A stretch of DNA of 64,000 bases. Source: Eledone cirrhosa. Its lineage: Eukaryota. Location: NCBI GenBank assembly GCA_964016885.1, contig OZ024742.1, forward strand, positions 232,562,001-232,626,000, given 5' to 3'. The position numbers were made by a program, and so were the translations under genes. Of this stretch, positions 13,553 through 25,464 are shown piece by piece (position 1 is the stretch's first letter; each line of letters starts with the position of its first letter). Below the pieces are notes generated by a model, which was given only the letters and a program-made list of their open reading frames with translations, made no database searches and had not been told where the DNA came from.

Positions 13553-13915
13553 TCATCATCATTTCATTTTACGTCCACTTTTTCCCTGCTTGCAAGGGTG
13601 GGACGAGAACTGATTCTGGCTTGATTTCTACAGCTGGATGCCCTTCCTAACACCAACCTCATTTACAGTGAGTGCTGGGTGCTTTTTTCCCGTGGCACCT
13701 CCACATCCACTTTACAGTGTGGGCTGGGTGCTTTTTTGCCGTGGCACCTCCACGACCACTTTGCAGTGGAATGATAGGGACTCCAGTCCTATCATCTCAT
13801 TTCTACAGCTGAGTAAACTGGAGCAATGTGAAATAAAGTGTCTTGCTCAAGGAAACAACACATCACCCGGTGTGAGAATTGAACTCACAACCTTTCGATT
13901 GCAAGGCCAATGCTC
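13553..13915 (-). mobile_element. tRNA-derived CORE-type SINE
   Basis: Reverse complement of the family at 43149-43483; an inverted tail copy lies at ~13988-14037. Confidence 0.85.
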
Positions 13916-13925
13916 TCAATATGTA

Positions 13926-13983
<58 letters not shown>

Positions 13984-14037
13984 TAAGACCCGTCCCACCC
14001 CTTGCAAGCAGGGAAAAGCAGACGTAAAATGATGAAG

Positions 14038-14087
<50 letters not shown>

Positions 14088-14092
<5 letters not shown>

Positions 14093-14573
14093 TAAAATAA
14101 CAGATTAAAGTTTAAGCAAAGAATCGGCTGCTTTCACCCTTAATAGGATCTTCTGAAACTAAAAAAAAAATCAATCTGTGAACGCAGAAGTAAATATTTC
14201 GAAAAACGTTGCAACCGAAAGAAGACAGGAAGGCGATACTTTGGTTCGTGGAGACGTAGTTTTAGGTATTTCTTCCTGCTTGGTACGGGTATGTTCTTTG
14301 TAGAAGTATTCAGATGTTGTTTCTGCATGATGAATATAAGTCAATAGAGTACTCAATCAAGGGAGCCAAATAGTAATAATAATAAATTTGAAGACTAACA
14401 TCCAAAGAGGGCTCGATAAGGATAAATATATATCAAATATATAAGAACCGTAGAGCAAATATTTATTAAAATAACAGATTAAAGTTTAAGCAAAGAATTG
14501 GCTGCTTTCACCCTTAATGGGATCTTCTGAAACTAAAAAAAAATCAATCTGTGAACGCAGAAGTAAATATTTC
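14088..14573 (-). mobile_element. Partial tandem repeat (period ~374 bp) with hammerhead-like motif; PLE pLTR- or retrozyme-like
   Basis: ~113-bp direct repeats at 14088-14200 and 14461-14573. On the - strand the second copy reads CAGAAGA-T-CCC-ATTAA-GGG-T-GAAA (CCT in place of CCC in the first copy); each copy ends with AATAAA. Confidence 0.55.
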
Positions 14574-14710
14574 TAAGCCGACCTTTCCCAATTGCACCTC
14601 TCAAGGGCAATGATACACGACCATGACCTCTGGCGTCACACAGTAATACAGAAGACCCGACTTTCCACGGGAACATATAGACAATATTTGTTTTCCTTTG
14701 TTTTTTTTAT

Positions 14711-15359
14711 GTCCTATCAACTAATCCGACCTCCAAAATGCTTGCAATTGACTATTTTTTTAGCATATTAACAACAAATATGATTTCCACTGCAATTAAA
14801 AATGACTAGCTTTGTGAATGGTTTTTCCACCCACTTTCTGCCTTCATTTTTCTACAAAGCTAATCATTGACGATAGGTTTCAAAGTTATATTCATTCATA
14901 ATATGTGAAAAAAATAGTCAACTGCGAGCATTGGTGTGATGTAAATGGTAGGAGTAGGTGTTCTGTAATAAATTTACCATATAGTGAAGTATGGTTATGG
15001 TGAATTTATGGTGTGGATTGGGGTAGATTAATGTGCTGTGGTGTGCTTTGTTATAAGTGAGGATTTAAATTTCCACTTTGATTTATGTTAGAAAAAAAAT
15101 TTTTCCTTCATTTTTGCATGTGTTATCAACTTCCAAGAAGCTCGCAGTGGACTATACTTTTAGCATATTAACAAAAAATATGACTTCCGCTGCAATAAAA
15201 AATGACTAGCTTTGTAAATGGTATTTCCACCCACATCCTCCCTCTTTTTTCTACAGAGCTAGTCATTTTCATCAGGTTTCCATGTCATAACCATTGATAA
15301 TATGTGCATAAAATAGTAATTTGCGAGCACCATTTATGTCAAATTGGGTGGTAAGCACA

Positions 15360-15394
<35 letters not shown>

Positions 15395-17450
15395 CCAAAT
15401 GAAAATTTGTCACACCAAAATCAATAGCTTGGTGTGATGTAGTATGGTGTGGTTTGGTGAAGTTTCTACAAAGATAGTAATTTTCGACAGGTTTCCATGT
15501 CATAATTATTGATAAGTGGAAAAAAAAAGTAAATTGGGAGCACCTTTAATGTCAGATTAGGTAGTAAGCACACACAAAAAAAAAGGAAATGGAAAAAAAT
15601 GTTTCACACCAAGATCAATAGCTTGGTGCGATGTAGTATGGTGTAACTTGGTATGGTGTGGTTTGGTTTGGTGAAGTTATGAAATGGAAACCAATTCTAA
15701 ACGATAGATTCCCGTGTCATATTCATTGATAATGTGGGAAAATAGTCATTTGCAAGCACCTTTGTTGTTAGTTTGGGTGGTAACCACAAAAAAAAAAAAA
15801 AGCAGGTAGCAAATTTGTCACATTGATGTCCATACCATGGTGTGATGTAAATGATAGGAGTAGGTGTTCTGTAATAAATTTACCATAATATGGTGCTGTT
15901 TGATATGGTGTGGTTTGGGGTAGATTAATGTGGTGTGGTGTGCTTTGTTATAAGTAAGGAATTAAATTTCCACTTTGATTTATGTAAGAAAAAAAATGTT
16001 TTCCTTCACTTGTAGCATGTGCTATCAACTAATACAACTTCCAAGATGCTCGCAGTGGACTATGCTTTTAGCATATTAACAAAAAATATGACTTCCGCTA
16101 CAATAAAAAATGACTAGCTTTGTAAATGGTATTTCCACCCACATCCTCCCTCTTTTTTCTACAAAGCTAGTCATTTTCGACATTTTTCCATGTCACAATT
16201 ATTGATAATATGTGCGAAAAATAGTCAATTCCAGCACCTTTGATGTCAGATTGGGTGGTAAGAACACACACAAAAAAAAAAAAAGAAACAGGAAGAAAAT
16301 TTTTCACACTGAGATCAAAAGCATGGTGTGATGTAGAATGGTGTAGTTTGTTATGGTGTGGTTTGGATTGTTGTAGTTATGACATGGAAACCTATTGCAA
16401 ATGATAGAATTCCATGTTATATCCATTGATAATGTGTAAAAAAATAGTCATTTGTGAGCACCTTTGATATCAGATTGGGTGGTAAGCACACACACACAGA
16501 AAAAAAAAAAACAGGAAGAAAAATGTTCTCACTGAGATTAATAGCATGGTGTGATGTAGTATGGTGTAGTTTGGTATGGTGTAGTTTGATGTAGTTTAAT
16601 GTGTTATGGTTTTCTAACCTCCAACATGCTCACAGCCGACTATGCTTTTACCATCATCATCATCATCATTTTACGTCCACTTTTCCCTGCTTGCAAGGGT
16701 GGGACGGTAACTGATTCTGGCTTGATTTCTACAGCTGGATGCCCTTCCTAACACCAACCTCGTTTACAGTGAGTGCTGGGTGGTTTTTGCCGTGGCCCCT
16801 ACACGACCACTTTGCAGTGGAATGATAGGGACCCCAGTCCCTATCATCTCATTTCTACAGCTGAGTAAATTGGGGCAATGTGAAATAAAGTGTCTTGCTC
16901 AAAGAAACAACACACCACCTGGTCTGAGAATTGAACTCACAACCTTTCGATTGCTAGGCCAATGCTCTAACCACTAAGCCATGTGCCTCCATCACCATAT
17001 TAACAACAAATATGACTTTCACTGCAATCAAAAATGACAAGCTTTGTGAATGGTATTTCCACCCACTTTCCGCCCTCTTTTTTCTACAAAGCTAGTCATT
17101 TTCAACAGGTTTCAAAGTCTTCATTGATAATATGCGCAAAAAATAGTTAATTGCGAACACTTTTAATTTCAGATTGGGTGGTAAGCACACACACAAAAAA
17201 AGACAAAAAAAGCTGGAAGAAAATTTTTCACGCTTAGTTCAATAGCATGGTGTGATATAGTATGGTGTAGTTTGTTATGGTGTGGTTTGGTTTGGTGTAG
17301 TTTGGTATCGTTTAGTTTGGTGTAGTTATAACATGGAAACCTATCATAAATTTACCAACGTATGGTATAATCTGGTTTGGTGTAGTGTAGGTTAGTGTGG
17401 TGTGGTGTGTTATTGTGTTGCATCGTATAGCGTGATTCTCTTTAAATTAA
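14711..17450. repeat. Array of ~230-250 bp imperfect palindromic modules separated by poly(A) and (GGTGT)-type spacers
   Basis: AATGACTAGCTTTGT...ACAAAGCTAGTCATT and GACTAT...ATAGTC inverted arms recur at ~14711, 15120, 16020 and 16610-17190. Confidence 0.8.
16652..16990 (-). mobile_element. tRNA-derived CORE-type SINE inserted in a palindromic module
   Basis: Full head (GGAGGCACATGGCTTAGTGG on - strand) through the (GAT)n tail. Confidence 0.88.
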
Positions 17451-17539
17451 AATCATTAAAATGTAATGCCTATCTTCTATATCTTAAAGAGTGACCTTAA
17501 ATGTGATTGCAAATGACTTTTTTCTCTGGATTAATGTTA

Positions 17540-20500
17540 AATTTAGGGTTAGTGTTAGGGTAAGTTTTACTGTTAATGGTAAGTTTATTGTTAGTGACTG
17601 TGTTACTGTTAGCATTACTGTCACTGTTAGTGTTACTGTAACTGTTACTCTTACAGTTACTGTTTGCGTTACTGTCTGCATCAGCGTTAGCATTTGCATA
17701 AGCGTCTATGTAAGCTTTTATGTTAGTGTCTATGTAGATTGGTGTTAGCATCTGCGTTAGTGTTTGGATTAGCCTTAGTGTTTGCGTAAGTGTCAGCATT
17801 TGCGTCAGCGTCTGCACTGGTGATAGTGATTGTGTCAGCATTTCCCTTAGCGTCTGAGTCAACATTAGTGTTAGCATTAGTGTTTGTTTCAGTGCCTGCG
17901 TCTACGTCAGCTTCTGAGTCAGCATTATCATTAGCGTCCGCGTCAGCACTTGTGTCAGTGTCAGCATTTCCCTCAGTGTCAGCGTTTGCATCAGCGTGCA
18001 CATCAGCATTTGCATTAGTGTTTGAGTCAGTGTTAGCATTTGTGTAGGGGTTAACATTTGCGTCGGCATCTGCATCAGCATTCACATTAGCATTAGCGTT
18101 TGCGACAGCGTTTCCTTTAACGTTTTTGTCAGCATTTTCGTTAGCGTCTGTGTCAGTGTTTCCGTTAGCTTCTACGTCAGTGTTTACGTTAGCGTCTGTG
18201 TCAGTGTTTCCGTTAGCTTCTACGTCAGTGTTTATGTTAGCATCTGTGTCAGTGTGTACATTAGCTTCTACATCAGCGTTTCCGACCGCGTCTGTGTCAG
18301 TGTTTCCGTTAGCTTCTACGCCAGCATTTCCGACCGCGTCTGTGTCAGCGTCAGTATTTACATCTACATCAGCGTCAGCGTTTCAGTTAACGTCAGTGTT
18401 TACGCTAGCGTCTGTGTCAGTGTGTACGTTAGCGTATGTGTCAGCGTTTACGTTAGCTTCTACGTCAGCGTTTCCGTAACGTCTACGTCAGCGTTTTCCG
18501 TTAGCATTGGCGTTTCCATCAACCTTTCCTGTGGCGTCCGCATCATTGCAGCGTCTGCATATCCCATGTAAGCGTTAACTTCAGCATTTGCGTCAGTGTT
18601 AGCGTTAGCCTTAGCCCTAGCGTCCGCATCACCATTTGCGTTAGCGTCAGCATACACGTCAGCGCCGGCAAAACTGCCTCAACATTTGCGTCAGCGTTAG
18701 CTTGGCTTTGGCTTCAGCAATCCGCATCAGCAATTGCGTTTTGGAGATCAGCTTCGGCGGTAAGGGTAAACGCTAATTTCTACGCCTGCTTCTACGTTAA
18801 CAACTACGTCAGCGTTTTGTTAGCTTCTACGTCAGCGTTTACGTTAGCTTCTACGTCAGCATCTACGTTAGCTTCTACGTCAGCGTCTACGTTAACATCT
18901 ACGTCATCGTTTATGTTAGCTTCTACGTCAGCATCTACGTTAGCTTCTACGTTAACATCTACGTCATCGTTTATGTTAGCTTCTACGTCAGCATCTACAT
19001 TAGCTTCTACGTCAGCGCTTACATTAGTGTCTGTGTCAGCGTTTGTGTTAGCTTCTACGTCAGCATCTGTGTCAGCGTCTGTATTTACATCTACACCAGC
19101 GTCAGCATTTACATTTGCGTCTGTGTCAGCGTTTACGTTAGCTTCTACGTCATCGTTTACATTAGCGTCTGCGTCATCATTTACGTTAGCGTCTGTGTCA
19201 ACGTGTGTTAGCATCTGTGTCAGCGTTTATGTTAGCGTCTGCGTCAGTGTTTATATTAGCATCTGCGCCAGTCTTTACGTTAGCATCTGTGTTAATGTGT
19301 GTTAGCGTCTGTCTCAGCGTCTGCGTCAGCATTTTCATTAGTGTTTGCATCAGTGTTTCCTTTAGCTTCTACGTTAATGTTTGCGTCTGCGTTAAGGTTC
19401 ACATTAGCATTGCTGTCATCGTTTGCGTCAGCATTTGTGTTTGCTTTAACATCTGCATCAACATTTGCGTCTGTGTTTGTATTAGTGTCTGCATTTGCTT
19501 TAGTGTTTGCATCAGCGTGAGCATTTGTGTCAGTGTCCACGTCAGCGTTAAAGTGTGTAGCATTTACATCAGCGTGTGCGTCAGAGTCTTTGTCAGCATT
19601 CGCCTTTGCACCTGCATCAGTATTCACGTTAGTGTTTGTGTCAGCGTAAGCGATTGTGTCAACATTTGCGCTAGCGTTTGTGCCAGCATAGCCATCTTCG
19701 TCAGTGTCAGCGTTGGTGTTAGTGTTTCCATTAGTGTTCGTGTTAGTGTTTGATTTTGTATTAGTGTTAGCATTTTTGTTAGTGTTAGTGTTCAGGTTAG
19801 TGTTAGTGTTTGTGTTAGTGTTCAGGTTAATGTTCGTGTTAATGTCAGTTTTAGTGTTAGTGTTCAGGTTAGTGTTAGTGTTTACGGTAGTGTTAGTGTT
19901 TTATTTCGTGTTAATGTTTGTGTTAGTGTTTCCATTAGTGTTAGTGCTAGTCTTTGTTTTTCTGTTAATGTTAGTGTTTGTTTTAGTGTTGAGGTTAATG
20001 TTAGCTTAGTTTTCTGGTTAGTATCAGTTTTCGTGTTAGTTTTAGTGTTAGTGTTCAGGTTAGTGTTAGTGTTGTTTTTAGTGTTAGTTTTTATGGTAGT
20101 GTTAGTGTTACTGTTAGTGCTCAGATCAGTGTTAGTGTTTGTGTTACTGTTTATGGTAGTGTTAGTTTTAGTGCTAGTGTTTAGGTTAATGTTAGTTTTA
20201 GTGTAAGTGTTCAGGTTAGTGTTAGTGTTCAAGTTATGTTAGTGTTTGTTTTTGTGTTAATATTTGTGTTAGTAACTCTGTTAGCATTAGTGATTGATGT
20301 TTCCATTAGTGTTAGTGATTGTGTTAGCGTTAGTCTTTGTTTTTGTGTTAATGTTAGCATTAGTATTTCTGTTACTGTTAGCATGAGTGTTTGTGTTAGT
20401 GTTCAGGTTAATGTTAGCTTAGTTTTCAGGTTAGTGTTAGTGTTCAAGTTAATGTTAGTTTTAGTGTTAGAGATTGTGTTAGTGTTTGTTTTTGTGTTAA

Positions 20501-21330
20501 TATTTGTGTTAGTATCTCTGTTAGTATTAGTTTTAGTGTAAGTGTTCAGGTTAGTGTTAGTGTTAGTTTTAGTGTTAAGGTTAGTGTTAGTATTTGTTTT
20601 TGTGTTAATATTTGTGTTAGTATCTTTGTTAGCATTAGTGTTTGATGTTTCCATTAGTGTTAGTGATTGTGTTAGCGTTAGTCTTTGTTTTTGTGTTAAG
20701 GTTAGCGTTAATGTTAGCATTAGTATTTCTGTTAGTGTTAGCATTAGTGTTTATGTTAGTGTTCAGGTTAATGTTAGCTTAGTTTTCAGGTTAGAGTTAG
20801 TGTTCAAGTTAATGTTAGTTTTAGTGTTAATGTTGAGGTTAGTGTTAGAGATTGTGTTAGTGTTTGTTTTTGTGTTAATATTTGTGTTAGTATCTCTGTT
20901 AGCGTTAGTGTTTGTTTTAGTGTTGAAGTTAATGTTAGCTTAGTTTTCTGGTTAGTATCAGTTTTCAGATTAGTGTTTGTGTTACTTTTAGTGTTAGTGC
21001 TCAGGTCAGTGTTAGTGTTTATGGTAGTGTTAGTTTTAGTGGTAGTGTTCAGGCTAATGTTTGTGCTAATGTTAGTTTTAGTGTAAGTGTTCAGGTTAGT
21101 GTTAGTGTTTGTATTAGTGTTTACGGTAGTGTTAGTTTTAGTGCTGGTGTTCAGGTTAGTGTTAGTGTCAGTTTTAGTGTTAGTGTTAGTGTTCAAGTTA
21201 GTGTTTGTGTTAGTTTTCTATTTAATGTTAGTTTTCAGATTTTGTGTTTGTGTTAGTTTTCATGTTAGCGCTAAGTTCACTGTTAGAGCATGTGTGAGTG
21301 CAAGTGTTAGGGTAAGTGTTATTTTTAAAG
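17540..21330. repeat. Degenerate 6-bp-period satellite (GTTACT > GTCAGC/GTTAGC > GTTAGT)
   Basis: Continuous 6-nt periodicity; a ~348-bp higher-order duplication (20295 vs 20643). Confidence 0.9.
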
Positions 21331-21651
21331 TTAGGTTTTCTACTTTCCACGAAAAAAGTTGATCCTCTCTAACTTGAGTGGTGTGATATAGTATGGTAAA
21401 GTATAGTGTTTCATAGTCTTGTGTGGTGTTGTCTATTGTTGTATAGTGTAGTATGGTATATTGTTTCATAGAATGGTCTGATGTGAGGTCGTAGTATGGT
21501 GTTGGATAATGTGGTATGGTATAATGTTTGTCAGTGTGGTGTGGTATGGTATAGGTTGATGTAGTGTGGCTTAGTTTGATTATAATAATACAAATAATAA
21601 TAACAATAATAATAGTAATAATAATTGTTCTTCTTGTTCATTTTCTTTGTC

Positions 21652-21762
21652 TTCTTCTGTGCCTTTGACTGCTTCTGTGCCTTTGACTGCTTCTGTCCCT
21701 TTGACTGCTTCTGTGCCTTTGACTGCTTCTGTGCCTTTGACTTCTTCTGTGCCTTTGACTTC
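21652..21762. repeat. 18-bp minisatellite (CTTCTGTGCCTTTGACTG) about 6 copies
   Basis: Direct reading. Confidence 0.9.
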
Positions 21763-22649
21763 TCCTCTGCCATCTAATCTAAATACCAAAAACAAAGAAT
21801 GTAAAACATATCTGTTGCCTATCTCTCAGACTTTACAAAGTGCTGAGGAGATAACGTTAATTTAAAGAGCAGTGTGCTCATGCACTGTGATCCTATAATG
21901 TAGCTTATAAGCTATTTCATAACTAAAAAACAATGTCAAACATCAACAAAAGTATATACAAATATCTTTGAATGTTTAAGTTAAACCTAAATAGATCGTA
22001 TCTACAGGTCATTAGGTTAAGACTGAACTAATATCATATCTATAAATCATTAGGTTTAGACTGAACTGAGATCATACTTTCTTCTTCTTTTCGTCATCTT
22101 CGTTTCCCGTGTCTTCTTTGTCTTCGTTGTCATTTTCATTTTAGTCGTCTGCTTCGTCGTCTTTTTCTTCTTTTCCATCTAAATATAAAAAAAAAAATTG
22201 TAAACAAATATATAGCTGATCACTCAGACTTTCACGAAACACCGAGGAGATACAGTTAATATAACGAGTGGGGAGCTCATATATATATGGTATAGCATGG
22301 TGTTATGTGGTCTGGTGTGGTACAACATGGTGTGATGTGGTGTGGTATGATATGGTGAGGCGGCAGGGGGGACACAACGTTAGATTAATGTTAACAATAC
22401 ACATGTAGCATCCACATGTGATGAGAAGGGGGAAACAGTGTTTACTAATTTTAACATTACATGTAGCATCCATCTACAGGTGATTAAGTTAAGACTGAGG
22501 GGTAATCATATGAAAAGGTCAATTTAAAACTACACTGAGATTCTGCTTAAAATGATGGTCAATGAAGTGTTTACTTACTCAGATCCTTTGAAATAACTTT
22601 CTCTTACTGTAACTGGACATACCTACGAAATAGAAAACAGTCGAATAGA

Positions 22650-23619
22650 CAGTGGTGTGGTGTGGTGTAGTGTGGTGTGGTGTAGTGTAGCGGAGTGTGG
22701 TTTAGTGTAGTGGACGGTGGTGTGGTGTAGTGTAGTGGAGTGTGGTTTAGTGTAGTGGACAGTGGTGTAGTGGAGTGTGGTTCAATGTAGGGTGGGGGAT
22801 ATGGTGTAGTAGAATGTGGTGGGATGTAGTGTGGTAGCATGTGATGTGATGGCATGTGATGTGATGTGATGTGATGAAATGTGATGTCATGCGATGAAAT
22901 GTGATGTGATGAAATGTGATGTGATGTGATGAAAGTGGTGTGATGTGATGAAATGTGGTGTGGTGAAATGAGGCGAGGCGAGGTGAAATGAGGCGAGGCG
23001 TGGTGAAATGAGGCGAGGCGAGGCGTGGGGAGGCGAGGCGTGGCGAGGCGAGGCTTTGCGAGGCGAGGCTTTGAGAGGCTTGGCAAGGCGAGGCGAGGCG
23101 TGGCGAGGCGAGGTGAGGCAAGGCTTTGCGAGGCGAGGCTTTGCGAGGCTTTGCGAGGCGAGGCGAGGCGTGGCGTGGCGAGGTGAGGCTTTGCGAGGCG
23201 TGGCGAGGCGTGGCGAGGCAAGGCGAGGCGTGGCGTGGCGAGGCGAGGTGAGGCAAGGCTTTGCGAGGCGAAGGGAGGCTTTGCGAGGCGAGGCGTGGCG
23301 AGGCGAGGCTTTGCGAGGCATGGCGAGGCGTGGCTTTGCGAGGCGAGGCGAGGTGTGGCGAGGCGAGGCTTTGCGAGGTGAGGCGAGGCGAGGCTTTGCG
23401 AAGCGAGGCTTTGCGAGGCGTGGCGAGGCGAGGCGTGGCGAGGCTTTGCAAGGCGAGGCTTTGCAAGGCGAGGCTTTGCGAGACGAGGCGAGGCTTTGCG
23501 AGGCGAGGCTTTGTGAGGCGAGGCGAGGCTTTGCGAGGCGAGGCTTTGCGAGGCGAGGCTTTGCGAGGCGAGGCGAGGCTTTGCGAGACGAGATGAGATG
23601 AGATGAGATGAGATGAGAT
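22650..23619. repeat. 5-bp satellite series (GGTGT)n > (GATGT)n > (GAGGC)n with TTTGC/GTGGC variants > (GAGAT)n
   Basis: Direct reading. Confidence 0.92.
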
Positions 23620-24704
23620 GTGCTATCAACTAATCCAATCTCCAAGATGCTTGAAACTGACTTTTTCCCCCCAGGAAAACGGCGGGTTGAGGTGGTTCCC
23701 CCTTCACCCGGATAACCCCTGCTTACTCGGAATTTTCTCTTTGATTCTATTTTCATGCGTTATCAGTGAATATGACTTCCAAACCAGTCAAAAACAACTA
23801 GCTTTGGAGAAAGAGGAGAGGGAGAGGGGAAGAGTTTTGCAGATCTACACCCCACTCACATGTTGTGGGACTTAATCATTTTCGGTATATTTCCTGTGCT
23901 ATTTCCTGTGCTATTTCCTATGCTATTCCTATGCTATTTCCTATGCTATTCCTATGCTATTTCCTATGCTATTCCTATGCTATTTCCTATGCTATTTCCT
24001 ATGCTATTTCCTGTGCTATTTCCTGTGCTATTAATTAATCTGACCTCCTAGATGCTTCCAATCAACTTATTTCCCTGGGTTAGGTTTAGGGTTTAGTTTT
24101 AGGGTTCGGGTAATGTTTAGGGTCTAGTTTTAGGGTTGGGGTAAAGTTTAGGGTTTAGTTTTAGGTTTGGGTAAAGTTTAGGGTTTAGTTTTAGGGTTGG
24201 GGTAATGTTTAGGGTTTAGTTTTATGGTCGGGGTATAGTTTAGGGTTTAGTTTTATGGTCGGGGTATAGTTTAGGGTTTACTTTAATGGTTAGGGTAATG
24301 TTTATATTTAGATTTAGCTTGGTTTGTTTTAGATTTAGAGTTTAGGGTTAGGGCTAGATTTAATTTTATGTTTAATTTAGTTTTAGTTTCCAAATCACAG
24401 GGAAAAAAATTGATTCAGAGCAACTAAAAGGTCAGATTAGTTGATAGCACTCAAAAGGAGACCGAAGAAAAATCATTAGGGTATATATCTACAAAACGAT
24501 AATGGTTTTTCCACCTGCTTTACCCCTCCTTTTTTCTAGAACAACTAATCATTTCCAACTGGTTTGGAGGTCATATTCGTTGATAACATACGAAAAATCT
24601 TAGAGAAAACTCTGGGGTTAAATGAGAGAAGTGCATTCACCTAAGTTTTCCACGAAGAGAGAGTCAATAACAAACATCTTGGAGATCAGATTAGTTGATA
24701 ACAC
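23620..24704. mobile_element. Nested inverted-repeat (foldback-like) cassette with TTAGGG-like core
   Basis: Outer arms ~23620-23885 and ~24460-24704; inner arms 24025-24077 and 24398-24450; 12-bp (GCTATTTCCTAT)n at ~23890-24030; ~31-bp TTAGGG-derived units at ~24080-24300. Confidence 0.7.
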
Positions 24705-25425
24705 ATGAAAAGAAGATGAGGAAAAAATGTTGGGTGTTATGTGGTGTGGAGTAGTGTGGTGTGTTTTTATGTGGTGTGATGTAGTGAGGTGTGTTTTTAT
24801 GTGGTGTCACGTAGTGAGGTGTGGTGTGTTGTGTTGTGGTGTTATGTGGTGTGGAGTAGTGTGGTGTGTTTTTATGTGGAGTAGTGTGGTGTGTTGTAGT
24901 GATGAGTGGTGTGTTGTGTTGTGGTGTTATGTGGTGTGGAGTAGTGTGCTGTAGTGTTGTATGTTTTTATGTGGTGTGGTGAAGTGTGGTGTGATGTGGT
25001 GCGGTGCACTGCGATGTGGTGTGGTGCAGTGCGGTGCGGTGTGGTGTTGTGCAGTGAGGTTCTTCATCTTTATCTTTCTCTTCTTCATCTTTGTATTCAT
25101 CTTCTTTGTTTTGTCTTCCATCTAAACAAAAAAAAAATATATAAAACATATATGTAGCCAATCTCTCAGACTTTTACAAAACTCTAGGGAGATAAATTTA
25201 ATATAAGTGGTGTGTTCCTGAACAGAGATACTACAAAATAGCTTAAAAGCTATATATATATATATAAATAAATATACACGGGTGTGTATGATTGTGTATA
25301 GAAAATTATATTAATAAAAGGAATTGCAACTTTGTCTGATTTACTCGTTTTATTTACAATCCTTTAAAATTATAATGGCATTAGAATGAAATAGTATGGT
25401 AGAATGTTAAGTGTTAAGTGTTAAT

Positions 25426-25464
25426 TGAACAAGTAATTTCATGCTTTCGCAATCTTCAGGTTCA
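25426..25464 (-). ncRNA. Minimal type I hammerhead ribozyme motif (inverted copy)
   Basis: - strand reads TGAAC-CTGAAGA-T-TGC(GAAA)GCA-T-GAAA-TTAC-TT-GTTCA. Confidence 0.72.

Noticed and set aside
14575-14680. CCCAATTGCAC segment reminiscent of the U1 snRNA loop II
   Set aside because: It is part of the RTE 3' UTR repeated at ~8448, 42840 and 52320; it lacks the U1 5' end and Sm site.
17484-21362. Long Asp/Ala/Asn/Thr- or Val/Leu/Ser-rich ORFs resembling low-complexity structural proteins
   Set aside because: They arise on both strands and in several frames from a 6-bp satellite, with repeated frame breaks and no splice or start structure.
21531-21865. KKSKAQKQS histone-H1-like ORF
   Set aside because: 18-bp minisatellite inside the repeat block; no gene context.
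22604-23756. Arg/Ser/Pro-rich ORFs of 200-340 aa (protamine- or SR-like)
   Set aside because: Translation of 5-bp repeats; open in nearly all frames.
24080-24370. True telomere or chromosome end
   Set aside because: Degenerate, short, internal and bounded by inverted repeats.
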